Below, piece after piece: positions 41,105-51,176 of a stretch of 64,000 bases of DNA. Every line of letters starts with the position of its first letter. Position 1 is the stretch's first letter. Origin of the DNA: Candidatus Poribacteria bacterium (lineage in GTDB: Bacteria > Poribacteria > WGA-4E > WGA-3G); NCBI GenBank assembly GCA_965214095.1, contig OZ243938.1, positions 2,656,001 to 2,720,000 of the forward strand, given 5' to 3'. Position numbers and translations under genes: made by a program. The notes beneath the pieces are model-generated. The model had not been told where the DNA came from and did no database searches. It saw only the letters and a program-made list of their open reading frames with translations.

Positions 41105-42634
41105 TTATTTGCCACGTTTGTTTGAACGACTATTCTGTTCGTATCTGCGGTGGGACCGGGGACGGTACTGATACTTTAACGGCAACAACTCAATATTATT
41201 ATCCATCCATTCAAGGTGCTCTTCTAACCAAACTTTCATATCATCTACTTCACCTTGATAGGTAATACGTCCCGGACCGCGGTTGCCAAAGATCGTACGT
41301 CCGAACACTGGCCATCTCTGAAAATTCAGTTTTTGTGCTTCTGACAAATATTCCACTGTTCGATCAATTTCATCAAAGATTGTTGAAGTCGAAAGTTCAT
41401 CTTTTCGCAGTGTTTTCCACTTCTTAACAAGTTTCTGTTTGAAGTCTTCATCTTGTAGCAGCCGATGCCACCAGAAAGGAACAGGATTTGTATAAATCAA
41501 CCAACTATCTGTCTCCCAACCGTTGTGGAAAACGGTGTTCCCCATAGACAAATTGAAATCCCATACCGGTCCCGTATTGAGTTTTCCACTTCTGTCTTTA
41601 TACATATAGGCACTGAACCGAAATCCATCTGTGTTTTTGAACATCTCATTGATGATGAAATGATCTATAAAAGAATCAATATCAATGTACTTAGCGTATC
41701 CCTTCTCTTTGTCTTTAAAATTCTGTCCTGCTAAAACAGACTCAAATTCGCTCATATATTTCTGAATCCAGGCTTTTTGAGTGTACGACAACCGATGTCC
41801 TTTCGGATAAACATGAGCAAGTTGTGTCCCACGACGAGTATAGAAAAAGGTCTCTCTCGAATCCATTTTATCAATCTTGAGGATATATCCACCAGTAATT
41901 TCAGGAAGTGTGTTTTGGTTTGGTTTTAACGATTGAATAGGAACACGTTCTTTTCCACGTGCTATCTTTTCTATAAGTAGATACACCCCGATATAATGTT
42001 TCGCTTGTATCTTCTTATCACCATAAGTGTTCAGGAATACTTCAACAAATTTTGTCCGACTGGCGTATCTACCAATCCTGTTGCTGAACTCATAAGCCAA
42101 ATAGTTACGCATGAGTGTCTTGTCTGAATAAGGTCCATTCAGCACCCAGTCCGATCCAGCAGGCAATTGAAGTATAGATACATCTTTGTCATTACCTTTA
42201 CGGTCTTGAAACTCAAACCCATACTGACTTTTCGGAAAACCACGCGACGTTTGACCTCTGAGTTCTATTCCGATTCTTCCTTCAAAATGTACCTTGGGTT
42301 TGTCTATGGAGTTTCTGCCCCCCGATTCATCATAGATTATTTTCATTTTTGCTGGAATCTTAGGTTCGTCCGGAATCCATCTGCCATCTGTGTCAATAAC
42401 GACAATTGGTAAGTTGGATGTATGTGGCCAAGGGATATTTACAGGTGTCTGACGGTATCGGTAATCTTGACGGTTCTGCACATTTCTGCGGGGTTGAAAT
42501 TCATCTCGGTATGTAGGTGTTTCTGGTGGAGAAGGTTTCTTGGGTGTATCGTTAAAACAACCAGTGAGAAAAGATAATATAATGCTACATAGAAGTATCA
42601 GTGTGGTTTTTTGAAATAGGTGTATAGACATCAA
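41105..42634 (-). CDS. CotH kinase family lipoprotein
   Basis: Lipobox LTGC; 'IELRGQTS...PK..Y', 'D.T..RN', 'N.DG', 'GPVWDFNLS.GN'. Confidence 0.88.
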   Translation of the reverse strand: MMSIHLFQKTTLILLCSIILSFLTGCFNDTPKKPSPPETPTYRDEFQPRRNVQNRQDYRYRQTPVNIPWPHTSNLPIVVIDTDGRWIPDEPKIPAKMKIIYDESGGRNSIDKPKVHFEGRIGIELRGQTSRGFPKSQYGFEFQDRKGNDKDVSILQLPAGSDWVLNGPYSDKTLMRNYLAYEFSNRIGRYASRTKFVEVFLNTYGDKKIQAKHYIGVYLLIEKIARGKERVPIQSLKPNQNTLPEITGGYILKIDKMDSRETFFYTRRGTQLAHVYPKGHRLSYTQKAWIQKYMSEFESVLAGQNFKDKEKGYAKYIDIDSFIDHFIINEMFKNTDGFRFSAYMYKDRSGKLNTGPVWDFNLSMGNTVFHNGWETDSWLIYTNPVPFWWHRLLQDEDFKQKLVKKWKTLRKDELSTSTIFDEIDRTVEYLSEAQKLNFQRWPVFGRTIFGNRGPGRITYQGEVDDMKVWLEEHLEWMDNNIELLPLKYQYRPRSHRRYEQNSRSNKRGK

Positions 42635-42808
42635 TTATCTCTTATTGCAGGGAAGTGGATGGGTAAAGTGACAACAATAAGTATATCAGAATAGTAAAAG
42701 TAATTGCAAATGAATAATGTCGGTTTGTCGGTTCTTCTATGAAATAGTTGACAAACAACAAGAATTATGGAAAACTTAAGCACAAATTATTGAAAGGAAG
42801 TTATCACA

Positions 42809-43894
42809 ATGGCAGATTATGAAGATAAAGGATCACAAATCCGAGTGACAAACCTTGACGCTTACCCAATGGGTGAGAAGGCTTATGTAAAGATTGAAAC
42901 AAACATGGACGTTACTGGATGGGGTGAAATCAACAACATGGAGACGAATGTCACCTGTGCGTTGGCACGTTCCCTATCTGAACTGATCATGAATGAAAAC
43001 CCAACCCGCATTGAACATCATTGGCAACGGATGTATCGTGCCTATCGTAATATTCGCGGTGGCGGATTGATGGTGCATACAATCTCCGCTATTGATATGG
43101 CGTTGTGGGATATTGCTGGAAAACTATGGGGGGTGCCGGTCTATCGTCTCTTAGGAGGACCCTGTCGAGATAAAATATGGAAATATCCGAGTCCGAAGGC
43201 GATCAAAACTGGCGGAGGCGGCACAAAATCGTTTGCAGGAACACCTGATGAAATCGCAAGTATGGTGCAACGTGTCCGGGATGCTCGGGAAAAGGTCGGT
43301 TCGGATGGGGCAGTGATGTATGATGCACATAGCTGCATGCCACCACCTGTGGTCAAACAATTTGCAGGACACCTCAAATCCGATGATCTACTATTTCTTG
43401 AAGAAGCATGGGTTCCCGGAAACATTGAAGTGATGCGTAGGGTGCGGGAATTTGTCCCTGTTCCATTAGCAACCGGAGAACGTGACCGCACAATTTGGGA
43501 AGTACGTGAAATTCTTGAAGCACAAGTTATTGACATACTTCAACCTGATGTTGGACACGGTGGCGGTATCACCCAAGTCAAGAAAGTCGCTGCACTCGCA
43601 GAAGCACACCACGTCCCGATAGCACCGCACTGCACCATGTCCTATCTCGGTCTTACGGCAAGTTTCCACCTATCTGCATCCGTGCCGTTCTTCCTCATCC
43701 ACGAAGCGTATGAAAGCCGACTACCAGCTCACAAGACATGGGAGATGGATGATGAAGGTTATGTGTCACTACCAGAAGGTCCAGGTTTAGGGGTTGAAGT
43801 AGATGAGGCAAAGGTTATTGAAATTAGCAAACAAGGACATAAGTTCAATTGGCCGAACGCTCGCTTAGCAGACGGCTCTGTTGCTGACTATTAG
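42809..43894 (+). CDS. Mandelate racemase/galactonate dehydratase-like enolase superfamily protein
   Basis: 'SAIDMALWDIAGK..GVPVY.LLGG', 'DAH', 'EE', 'ATGER', 'QPD', 'APH', 'GPGLG'. Confidence 0.9.
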   Translation: MADYEDKGSQIRVTNLDAYPMGEKAYVKIETNMDVTGWGEINNMETNVTCALARSLSELIMNENPTRIEHHWQRMYRAYRNIRGGGLMVHTISAIDMALWDIAGKLWGVPVYRLLGGPCRDKIWKYPSPKAIKTGGGGTKSFAGTPDEIASMVQRVRDAREKVGSDGAVMYDAHSCMPPPVVKQFAGHLKSDDLLFLEEAWVPGNIEVMRRVREFVPVPLATGERDRTIWEVREILEAQVIDILQPDVGHGGGITQVKKVAALAEAHHVPIAPHCTMSYLGLTASFHLSASVPFFLIHEAYESRLPAHKTWEMDDEGYVSLPEGPGLGVEVDEAKVIEISKQGHKFNWPNARLADGSVADY

Positions 43895-43913
43895 TGCGTT
43901 TCTCACTTCTTGT

Positions 43914-44022
43914 TGGAGGGGTTTCTAACCCCGATGCTACAGGTTTATTGTAGCACGGGGTCTCTGTGCCCATCATATCAAATAGACAGAAATTACGACA
44001 GGGTACAGAGACCCCATCCTAC
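43914..44022. repeat. REP cluster between convergent genes
   Basis: GGGGTTTCTAACCCC hairpin; GTAGCACGGGGTCTCTGTGCCC ... GGGTACAGAGACCCCATCCTAC inverted pair. Confidence 0.65.
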
Positions 44023-44057
44023 AATGAAGTTGGATTTCTGATGTGAATAAGGTTTAA

Positions 44058-44561
44058 CTATTTCTGTGAGACACTGTTGCTTTCACTCATCTTCGTCATC
44101 AACGATTCCAGACCATATCCTTGATGTGGTGAATTGGCGATACCAAAACTTACTGCTGCAAGAACAATGTCCATAAACACTGTTCTCCAACTAACTGTTG
44201 TAATTTGAAATCCAATTATATCGAATAGACTAAACAGAAAATTACCACATCCACAATCTGATATAGGCAATTTCTTTAATATCACATTCGCCAATGCAAC
44301 TGCAAATATCAGAAAAAGGAAGGATGACAATATACCTGCACCTCGCGAAAAATAGCCAATGATTAATACCAAACCCAAAGTGATCTCAGCAGAAACAAGC
44401 AGATAACTTATAGGTTTGATAAATCCTGTCGGTAACATCTGATAACTGTCTACATTGACAATAAAAGCACCGAAATTTGAAAGTTTCGCAATTCCAGCAA
44501 AAAGCAGAATTGCACCAAGCAATATTCGTAGACACGTTATCAACATTGATAAAATTGTCAT
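44058..44561 (-). CDS. MauE/DoxX family membrane protein
   Basis: 'R..LG...L.AGI.K', 'E..LG..L..G', 'DCGCG'; ATGA overlap with the rhodanese stop. Confidence 0.85.
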   Translation of the reverse strand: MTILSMLITCLRILLGAILLFAGIAKLSNFGAFIVNVDSYQMLPTGFIKPISYLLVSAEITLGLVLIIGYFSRGAGILSSFLFLIFAVALANVILKKLPISDCGCGNFLFSLFDIIGFQITTVSWRTVFMDIVLAAVSFGIANSPHQGYGLESLMTKMSESNSVSQK

Positions 44562-45055
44562 TCTGTTTTTAATGGGTATCCTAATGCCAACCAACCTCTC
44601 AAACCGCGCGGAAAAAAACGGACGTTTTGATAGCCATGTCCTAACAGCACATTCATCAACTGATAGGCGTTTGGACATGTAATACTGCCACAATATGTAA
44701 TCAATGGTGTTTCTTTATCTGTTGGTAAATCTTGTAAGTACAGTACAATTCGGTTTATAGGTACATTTATTGCACCTGGAATGTGTCCTCGTCTAAAATG
44801 TGCAGTAGAACGCGCATCCACGAATACAGCCTGTTTCTGTTTCCATATCTTGTGGACTGCTGGGAAATCAACTTGAAGGGTTGGATAACTTTGGACGTGT
44901 TGGGTAGTAGAAAGAAGTCCAAACCCGTCTGCTCCCCAAATCGTTAAGGCACCAAAACTGATCCATATACAGATGATTAGCAATTCCTTGATAATAGCGC
45001 GAAAAGTTCTGTGGTCAGAGTTGTTTTCTTGGGATTGCTTTAGAATGTTATACAT
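44558..45055 (-). CDS. Membrane-anchored rhodanese-like domain protein
   Basis: 'FVDAR....F..GHIPGAINVP', active-site loop 'YCGSITC', 'G..GW'; TAATG overlap with the upstream gene. Confidence 0.88.
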   Translation of the reverse strand: MYNILKQSQENNSDHRTFRAIIKELLIICIWISFGALTIWGADGFGLLSTTQHVQSYPTLQVDFPAVHKIWKQKQAVFVDARSTAHFRRGHIPGAINVPINRIVLYLQDLPTDKETPLITYCGSITCPNAYQLMNVLLGHGYQNVRFFPRGLRGWLALGYPLKTE

Positions 45056-45756
45056 TATTTTCGCTTGAGTTGTGCCCAAGTTGAAGTCACTTTTTCTTCT
45101 GGAATAACGTTTTGCGCAGAAATGGTAAATGAATCTACCCAACCATTTCCAACCCATTCATTGGCAATATTGATACCTTCTACAACAAATCCAAGTGTAT
45201 CAATACGGTTGAAGTTCCGATCTCGGAATTTTGCTCGGAATTCACCATCCGCGAACAGAACAAATAAACCAGAATTAAAATGTAACTCCATCGTATTCAA
45301 TTCATCTGTTTCCCACCGAGTGCGAGGTTCTCTGGACAATCGACTATGAAAAGGATGACTATTCCCTTTACCATTAAAACGTCTTGCTCTAATTTCATCT
45401 GTGAAAAACACATAAAAAAACGGGTCTTCTGTTGGTGTGTCAGGAAAACGCCGTCCAACGCAAAAACCGAGACGTATTTTATCTCCACCGATATCCTTTA
45501 TAATGATAGAAAAGTCTCTATACGGGGTTGGAAACGCTGTAAGTTGATAAAGCTCGTATTGAACTGCCCAATCCCGATCCACCGTAATACGCAGAAATCC
45601 ATCTTCAACTTTCCACACATCATCGTTGCCTACGATGTTCCAAGCGTCTGGATTATCGGTGTCAAAGTCATCGTGCCAGATATCTGCAGATGCCGACACC
45701 ACACTGCTGACTATGATCATCATGAGGGTAATTATTCTAAAGATGGTTTGCATCAT
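45055..45756 (-). CDS. Secreted beta-sandwich paralog (array member) with TWG-type tail
   Basis: Signal peptide; 'W.DDF...W...W.VEDGFL'; tail VIPEEKVTSTWAQLKRK. Confidence 0.7.
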   Translation of the reverse strand: MMQTIFRIITLMMIIVSSVVSASADIWHDDFDTDNPDAWNIVGNDDVWKVEDGFLRITVDRDWAVQYELYQLTAFPTPYRDFSIIIKDIGGDKIRLGFCVGRRFPDTPTEDPFFYVFFTDEIRARRFNGKGNSHPFHSRLSREPRTRWETDELNTMELHFNSGLFVLFADGEFRAKFRDRNFNRIDTLGFVVEGINIANEWVGNGWVDSFTISAQNVIPEEKVTSTWAQLKRK

Positions 45757-45775
45757 AATTCTGTTTCTGACCACG

Positions 45776-45803
45776 GTAGACGAGGTTTCCTAACATCGTC
45801 TAT
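45776..45803. repeat. GGTTTCCTAAC-family REP
   Basis: GTAGACGAGGTTTCCTAACATCGTCTAT hairpin. Confidence 0.6.
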
Positions 45804-45890
45804 GCAAAACGTTTAATTCTAAAGTCTACTATAGTTGAGAATTCCAACTATTTGCTATACGAAGATCGCTCGGACAGCTTATGTATTAAC

Positions 45891-46652
45891 TTATCTTGGT
45901 GATTCATCTAAACTGATTTTTATGCAATCGTACCAACGGTTAGTTCGCTTTCCCTTCCGACTGATTACGCCTGGTTTTCTCTCAACAGGAAAACCGAAAT
46001 CTCCATCTTTTTGTATTAAGACATGCCAGTCAGGTGGAAACCAAGTGCGTAGAGTTCTGCAATGGACTTCAAGACTTTCACCTTGCCATCCACCAATTTT
46101 GTAATACATAGGACAGACCCATCGTTCTCTCCCTCGTGAATATCGCCGCCATCCCATCACAGAAGCTTGTGCTCGGATTATGTTGCCATCACGCCAGTGA
46201 CGTTCAATCCCACTCCAAGGATAGCCTGTCGTTCCGCCACCAGAACTAATCTCACTCCAACCGAGGTCATCCTGAAGTGTGATATAAGAGACATCAGTAC
46301 CCCAAGGTGTTTCATCGCCCGCAAATCCCCATTTCTGTCGTCTATACCAGTGTAATGCTCCATCAATACTTGACTTAGATACTACCGCATTTTCAATGGT
46401 TTCTACGATGTCAAATTGACCTCTATTGTTGTAGGGATTATGAACACCTTGGCAAAGCGTTAAGGAGTTTATTTCAGGTCCGAACCACTTACGGTTTTTG
46501 CCGGGTGTTCGATAATATGCCCCTGATGCAGCAGGTTCCGCGCGTTCCCCAGGATTCAACTTCGCCTTCGCAAAAGTACTCCAGAACCCAACGCCTAAAA
46601 CAACGAATAGCAAAAACACATCAAAGATTAGGTCTAAATTCTTCCGTAACAT
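45891..46652 (-). CDS. Secreted hypothetical W/R/G-rich protein
   Basis: Signal peptide, 4 Cys, basic C-terminal half; no recognisable family. Confidence 0.6.
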   Translation of the reverse strand: MLRKNLDLIFDVFLLFVVLGVGFWSTFAKAKLNPGERAEPAASGAYYRTPGKNRKWFGPEINSLTLCQGVHNPYNNRGQFDIVETIENAVVSKSSIDGALHWYRRQKWGFAGDETPWGTDVSYITLQDDLGWSEISSGGGTTGYPWSGIERHWRDGNIIRAQASVMGWRRYSRGRERWVCPMYYKIGGWQGESLEVHCRTLRTWFPPDWHVLIQKDGDFGFPVERKPGVISRKGKRTNRWYDCIKISLDESPR

Positions 46653-46671
46653 TATTCCCTTATTTTATGAA

Positions 46672-47364
46672 CTATTCCTGCTTCAAATTTCCCCAGATAG
46701 TTGTTAGTTTGTTTTTAGGTGATACTGCCAAACCAGATATGGTAATCTTCTCCACCCAGGCATCATCCGTAATCTCTCTATCTGTAACATAAGCAACGAA
46801 CACAAAGCCGATAATATCAATTGTTGATAAGTTCGCGTCAATAAAATCCAAGCGAGCGTCTCCATCACCGAACAATTGAAATCTTCCACTGTCAAATTGA
46901 AGCACCATCTCGTTGAGCACGTCAGTAGGCCAACGTCTGCCAGGTCCGAGGAACACTTTACCATTTCTTGACGCTTGCATATCGTTTGTGAAAAACAGGT
47001 AATATCCAGTTTCCTCAACTTCTCCAGTGTCATTTAAGAAGTGTTTTCCAAGTGCTATACCGATTCTGCTCTCACCAGATGTGCCAATGTTTTCTATATC
47101 AATCGTAATGGTATTATATGGTCCGGGGAATGCTATAAATTGATAAAATTCAAATAGTGTTTGCCACTGTTTCTGCGTATTAATTCTTGCTCTTAAGAAA
47201 CCTTGTTCAATCTGCCAGATAGAATCGCTACCCTGAAGTTGCCAACTATCCTCTAATTCAATCTCAAAATCATCTTGCCATGTAACAGCATTAGCATTTC
47301 CTTGTAAAACAAGTAAGGCAATAATCGTGAGGAGTATTATCAAAATGTTTACACTGTCTTTCAT
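46672..47364 (-). CDS. Secreted beta-sandwich paralog with TWG-type tail
   Basis: 'W.DDF...W...W.IEQGFL'; tail VSPKNKLTTIWGNLKQE. Confidence 0.7.
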   Translation of the reverse strand: MKDSVNILIILLTIIALLVLQGNANAVTWQDDFEIELEDSWQLQGSDSIWQIEQGFLRARINTQKQWQTLFEFYQFIAFPGPYNTITIDIENIGTSGESRIGIALGKHFLNDTGEVEETGYYLFFTNDMQASRNGKVFLGPGRRWPTDVLNEMVLQFDSGRFQLFGDGDARLDFIDANLSTIDIIGFVFVAYVTDREITDDAWVEKITISGLAVSPKNKLTTIWGNLKQE

Positions 47365-47431
47365 GTCATGTCTATCTTCTGTATCTTCTGTTAGTTAATT
47401 TGATGATTTTGCTTCTATTTTCTCTTATGAT

Positions 47432-47875
47432 TTAGACTGTTGCTGGGTCAACTGCTACTATTCTCTTAGAGTTGTAGCGTGCAAAGTCGGATGTATTGAA
47501 AGTCAGGATATGTGTCACTCCATGAACCAACATCGTAGCGACTAACCGCGCATCGTGAACCTGTACACCAGATACACCATAGTTAACGACAAGTTCTCGC
47601 CATTCAGCATATACGCCAGGTGAATCGGGAAGTAAAGGAAAAGTAGATTCTAAATCATGCAAAAGATCGTCTGTTTCCACCAAAGTGAGTCCCAAACCGT
47701 TTCTATCAATGGGACGAGTCGAGACGTTCCAAAATTCAGCGAAATTTTGCATTGTCGTCTGTAATAGATCCTTTTTATTTTTCAATTTGTTTACACATGA
47801 TCTAACAAGTCTGTATCGTTCATCGGATCGGTGTGCAATCCGTAATAAGATGTTTGTATCAACAAGATAAATCAT
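47432..47875 (-). CDS. vapC: VapC PIN-domain toxin
   Basis: 'YLVDTNIL', 'Q..AEFW.V.TRP', 'HDARLVA', 'TFN.SDF'. Confidence 0.88.
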   Translation of the reverse strand: MIYLVDTNILLRIAHRSDERYRLVRSCVNKLKNKKDLLQTTMQNFAEFWNVSTRPIDRNGLGLTLVETDDLLHDLESTFPLLPDSPGVYAEWRELVVNYGVSGVQVHDARLVATMLVHGVTHILTFNTSDFARYNSKRIVAVDPATV

Positions 47876-47877
47876 AC

Positions 47878-48153
47878 TTATAAATGATCTTCGTATATTC
47901 CTTCGCGACTCAGCGCGTAATCGGACAAGGGTGGAACATCCGGTCCAACATATTTCATGAACTTTTCTGCTAATTGATCCAACTTTGCCTCAAATTCCTC
48001 AACAGAAAGTGATGGGTTCTCATTCATTAACACATCCACCGTTGGTTCAACTGCATCTACTAACAAATGCCGTACAGCATCTTTATCTCCATTTGATATA
48101 TTTTCGTTTAACCGTTTCTCAATATCTGGTGGAATATAAACTGTAATTGTCAT
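47878..48153 (-). CDS. Putative cognate antitoxin
   Basis: Small acidic ORF directly upstream of the PIN gene; 'MTITV..PP.IE' N-terminus, 'LSD.ALSRE.IYEDH' tail. Confidence 0.75.
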   Translation of the reverse strand: MTITVYIPPDIEKRLNENISNGDKDAVRHLLVDAVEPTVDVLMNENPSLSVEEFEAKLDQLAEKFMKYVGPDVPPLSDYALSREGIYEDHL

Positions 48154-48208
48154 TTACTCAACCTCCATATTGCTGAAAATTATCTTATAAATAGCACACA
48201 CCTTGTGT

Positions 48209-50308
48209 CTACTGCTTTGCAAATGGTGTTCCATCCGCTTTTCCAAGATAGATCGAATGTGTATCATCACTGCAAAACGGAATCGTTACCTGCTTTTGAA
48301 TATGAACGCGTTGATATGTTTGTGTCTCTTTATCAAATACCGATTGGACCACACGGATATGTAAATTATAACGTTCCTGTGTCAAATTTGTAAACGCAAA
48401 TCTGCCTTGTGCATCGGACTCTGTTTCAAAACGGTCTAATGTTAATGACATATCGTATCGGCTTAATTCCCACGGATACCAAGAGCGAGAAATCAAGGCA
48501 TTTTTCACAGGTTCACCGGTGTCCGTCCAAAGCACTTGTCCATATAAAGCAACCGTAGGTCTGTCTGCTACAATCAACACCTCATTACCATTTGCAGATG
48601 CTTTCACATCAGTTTCGGTTGCAGCAAAGCGGTTTCCTACAATATAGAGTTTATACTTTTCTTCAAACAGACCATCTAAGACAAATGACGTTTCTGTCAC
48701 TGGAAATCGTTTTGACAGCAAAGGTCTGTTCAATACCAATGGATTTAACGTTGACTCCATTTCGGCATCTTCAGGGAACACCTTCACCTCATAATACCCA
48801 TCAATAGGAACATTCTGCGGGAGAATAACACGCCCCTTAACAGCAAACCCTTTTTCAAGTGCAATAATCAGAGGTTCATTGTCAATCTCTATGATCGGAT
48901 GTACTCTTGTCAGATAACCTTTTTTTGATACCTCTATGGAAAGCAAATGTGGTTTTGTGTCTATTAACGGAATTTGAAAAGTGCCGTTTGCATCCGTTTG
49001 CGTCATTGCTAAGAGAACACGGTGTCCGTTAGGGTTTTCACTACGACGTGCTACATAGAGACTCGCATCTGTAATAGGACGTTGCTGTGTATCAACGACT
49101 CTACCGTCTAATATCTTTGTTTTTGGCAAGCGGATTTTAATCGGTTTTTTATGCTGTGGGTTGACCGCCTCTAAAAATGCAATGGTAACATTATTTCGGG
49201 AAATTGTCAAACTGTATTCAATCGGATGGAGTTCTGAGAAGACGAAATTACCTTCTGCATCGGTTTGAACAGTGTGTTCAGGTTGTGCACCAGAGCGAAA
49301 GAAATCACTGGGTTTGTTGTGCATCTTTATCTGCACTGTGAGTCCTCCAACTGTGTAATCTGGTTTTGACTTTTGGACCTTACCTTGTAGTGACAGAAAT
49401 GGTTTCAGTTCAAGTTCGCCTAATGCATATTCAAATTTCTCAGGAGACATATCCCATCGCCAATGGTGCGTTTGATACCGTGGATGCGATGCAATGAGCG
49501 TGAATCCATAATAGGTATCGGAATCATTCGGTATTGTTAGATGGAATTCTCCGTTTGTGTCTGTTTTTGTCTGGTGTGCAAAAGTGCTGTCAGGATAAAC
49601 GGTATCCCTCACTTCAGATGCCGCGTTGATGCTGACTCCTGAGATGTGGAACCCGCTCTCTGCATCAAGGAAAACACCTGAGAGATATGCCCCCGGTTTC
49701 AAAAATACTCCCACACCACCAACATGACTATTCGGATAAATCTTCACCAGAGGTGCTTCGGACATAGCAAAAACATATCCATCAAAAGCATCAATAATGA
49801 CGTACCGGCCCGACAACAGATTTTTGACCTCAAAATATCCGTTAGATACCTCACCTTGGTATGTCCTTTCTATTCGTTCCTTGTCATGTGTGAGCAGGCC
49901 AATCTGGACTTTACCCGTAATTGACAACGGGAGTTTACTAACGGCATCAAGCAGGAAACCTGAAACGGTTCCTGTGCCTTCAATCACAAAATCGGCTTTA
50001 ATTTCGGTTTCTGAAGTGACCGTAATTTCACGTTGTGAAAGTAGTGCGCTGAAGTGTCGGACTTGAACATCCCAAGTGCCAGCAGGAAGGTTTGTGAGCG
50101 AAAATTGCCCACCAGAATCGGTTTTAGCGGCGTAAGTCACCTTGTCTGTTTGTGAAATCGTAGAGACGGTGTACTCTGAGAGTGGGTTGTTCTGTTTATC
50201 TGTTACCTGTCCCTGAATTGTGCCAACATTTTGGGATTGACAGATTCCAATAGAAGTACCAAAACATAGCAGAAGCAAGACGACATAAATAAGGAAAGTG
50301 TTGTACAT
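48209..50308 (-). CDS. Secreted multi-carboxypeptidase-regulatory-like (transthyretin/Ig) domain protein
   Basis: Repeated 'I.G.V.D....P......TD..G.F....L' units. Confidence 0.8.
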   Translation of the reverse strand: MYNTFLIYVVLLLLCFGTSIGICQSQNVGTIQGQVTDKQNNPLSEYTVSTISQTDKVTYAAKTDSGGQFSLTNLPAGTWDVQVRHFSALLSQREITVTSETEIKADFVIEGTGTVSGFLLDAVSKLPLSITGKVQIGLLTHDKERIERTYQGEVSNGYFEVKNLLSGRYVIIDAFDGYVFAMSEAPLVKIYPNSHVGGVGVFLKPGAYLSGVFLDAESGFHISGVSINAASEVRDTVYPDSTFAHQTKTDTNGEFHLTIPNDSDTYYGFTLIASHPRYQTHHWRWDMSPEKFEYALGELELKPFLSLQGKVQKSKPDYTVGGLTVQIKMHNKPSDFFRSGAQPEHTVQTDAEGNFVFSELHPIEYSLTISRNNVTIAFLEAVNPQHKKPIKIRLPKTKILDGRVVDTQQRPITDASLYVARRSENPNGHRVLLAMTQTDANGTFQIPLIDTKPHLLSIEVSKKGYLTRVHPIIEIDNEPLIIALEKGFAVKGRVILPQNVPIDGYYEVKVFPEDAEMESTLNPLVLNRPLLSKRFPVTETSFVLDGLFEEKYKLYIVGNRFAATETDVKASANGNEVLIVADRPTVALYGQVLWTDTGEPVKNALISRSWYPWELSRYDMSLTLDRFETESDAQGRFAFTNLTQERYNLHIRVVQSVFDKETQTYQRVHIQKQVTIPFCSDDTHSIYLGKADGTPFAKQ

Positions 50309-50440
50309 AAGGTTTGCATTTTCTCACTAAGTATAGCATGGACTTAGTATAACTACTGATGTTGCTTGAGTGTTCCCCATGTTGTTGCTAACTTTGTTTG
50401 TGGTGAAACGGATAACCCCCGTCCCGATATCTTGAATGAA
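49974..50440. repeat. Copy 1 of a near-identical duplicated block (period 3130 bp)
   Basis: Matches 53104-53575; the intergenic sequence GTTGTACATAAGGTTTGCATTTTCTCACTAAGTATAGCATGGACTT is identical. Confidence 0.85.
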
Positions 50441-51117
50441 TCCACCCATGCATGTCCAACAAGATGAATATCATAACCTGTTACAACAAATCCAATGATT
50501 TCAATTGAAGAAAACCCAGGATCTATAAAGTCTGTCCGTTTTTTACCATTCGCGAACCATTGGAAACGGCCTTTATTGAAATGGATAACCATAGATTCCA
50601 ACTCAAAAGTATTCCAGAAGATGTCAGGATGATGCGGTGCCCGCCAAAATATGAACGAGGCCTCTCCACCCCACCCAGTCAACCGTACTGCTTCTATCCT
50701 GTGTGTTAAAAATAAATAGAAAAAAGGGGCAGGTCCAGGAAAGTTAGGAAATCGCTTCCCAAGTGCAATGCCAAAAGATGCATTATTTGTTCCGATGTCT
50801 TGGACGGTAATGGTAAAGTTTTCATGTCCCGGTTTTTTTATATGTTTCTGAATTTTTTCATCGCCATAGAAAAACTCAAAGTTCTGATAGGGTGGAGGAA
50901 AACCTTTGAATTGTAATACTTCATTTTCTATTATAAAAGGTGTTTGAATCGTTGTTCTTAAAAAGCCTTCCTTTACTTTCCAATCAGAACGATCTCCCCA
51001 AAGATCCCAATCATTTTTTTCCAAAACATCAAAATCATCTTGATAAACTTGAGCGAAAGTGGAATTATTAAAGACACCAAACGAAATAAATAATGTAATA
51101 ACAAGTAAGATACGCAT
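50353..51117 (-). CDS. Secreted beta-sandwich paralog (B type) with TWG tail
   Basis: 'Y.DDFDVL...W..WG....W....GFL'; tail VSPQTKLATTWGTLKQHQ; start uncertain. Confidence 0.7.
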   Translation of the reverse strand: MRILLVITLFISFGVFNNSTFAQVYQDDFDVLEKNDWDLWGDRSDWKVKEGFLRTTIQTPFIIENEVLQFKGFPPPYQNFEFFYGDEKIQKHIKKPGHENFTITVQDIGTNNASFGIALGKRFPNFPGPAPFFYLFLTHRIEAVRLTGWGGEASFIFWRAPHHPDIFWNTFELESMVIHFNKGRFQWFANGKKRTDFIDPGFSSIEIIGFVVTGYDIHLVGHAWVDSFKISGRGLSVSPQTKLATTWGTLKQHQ

Positions 51118-51176
51118 GATACATCTCATTCTACAAATTATCGTAATAGTTACATTTTTCATATATTCGATTTTGA

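Noticed and set aside
44562-45157. Long overlaps among MauE, rhodanese and the upstream paralog suggested by the ORF track
   Set aside because: ATGA and TAATG coupled starts at 44561 and 45055 explain the genes without long overlaps.
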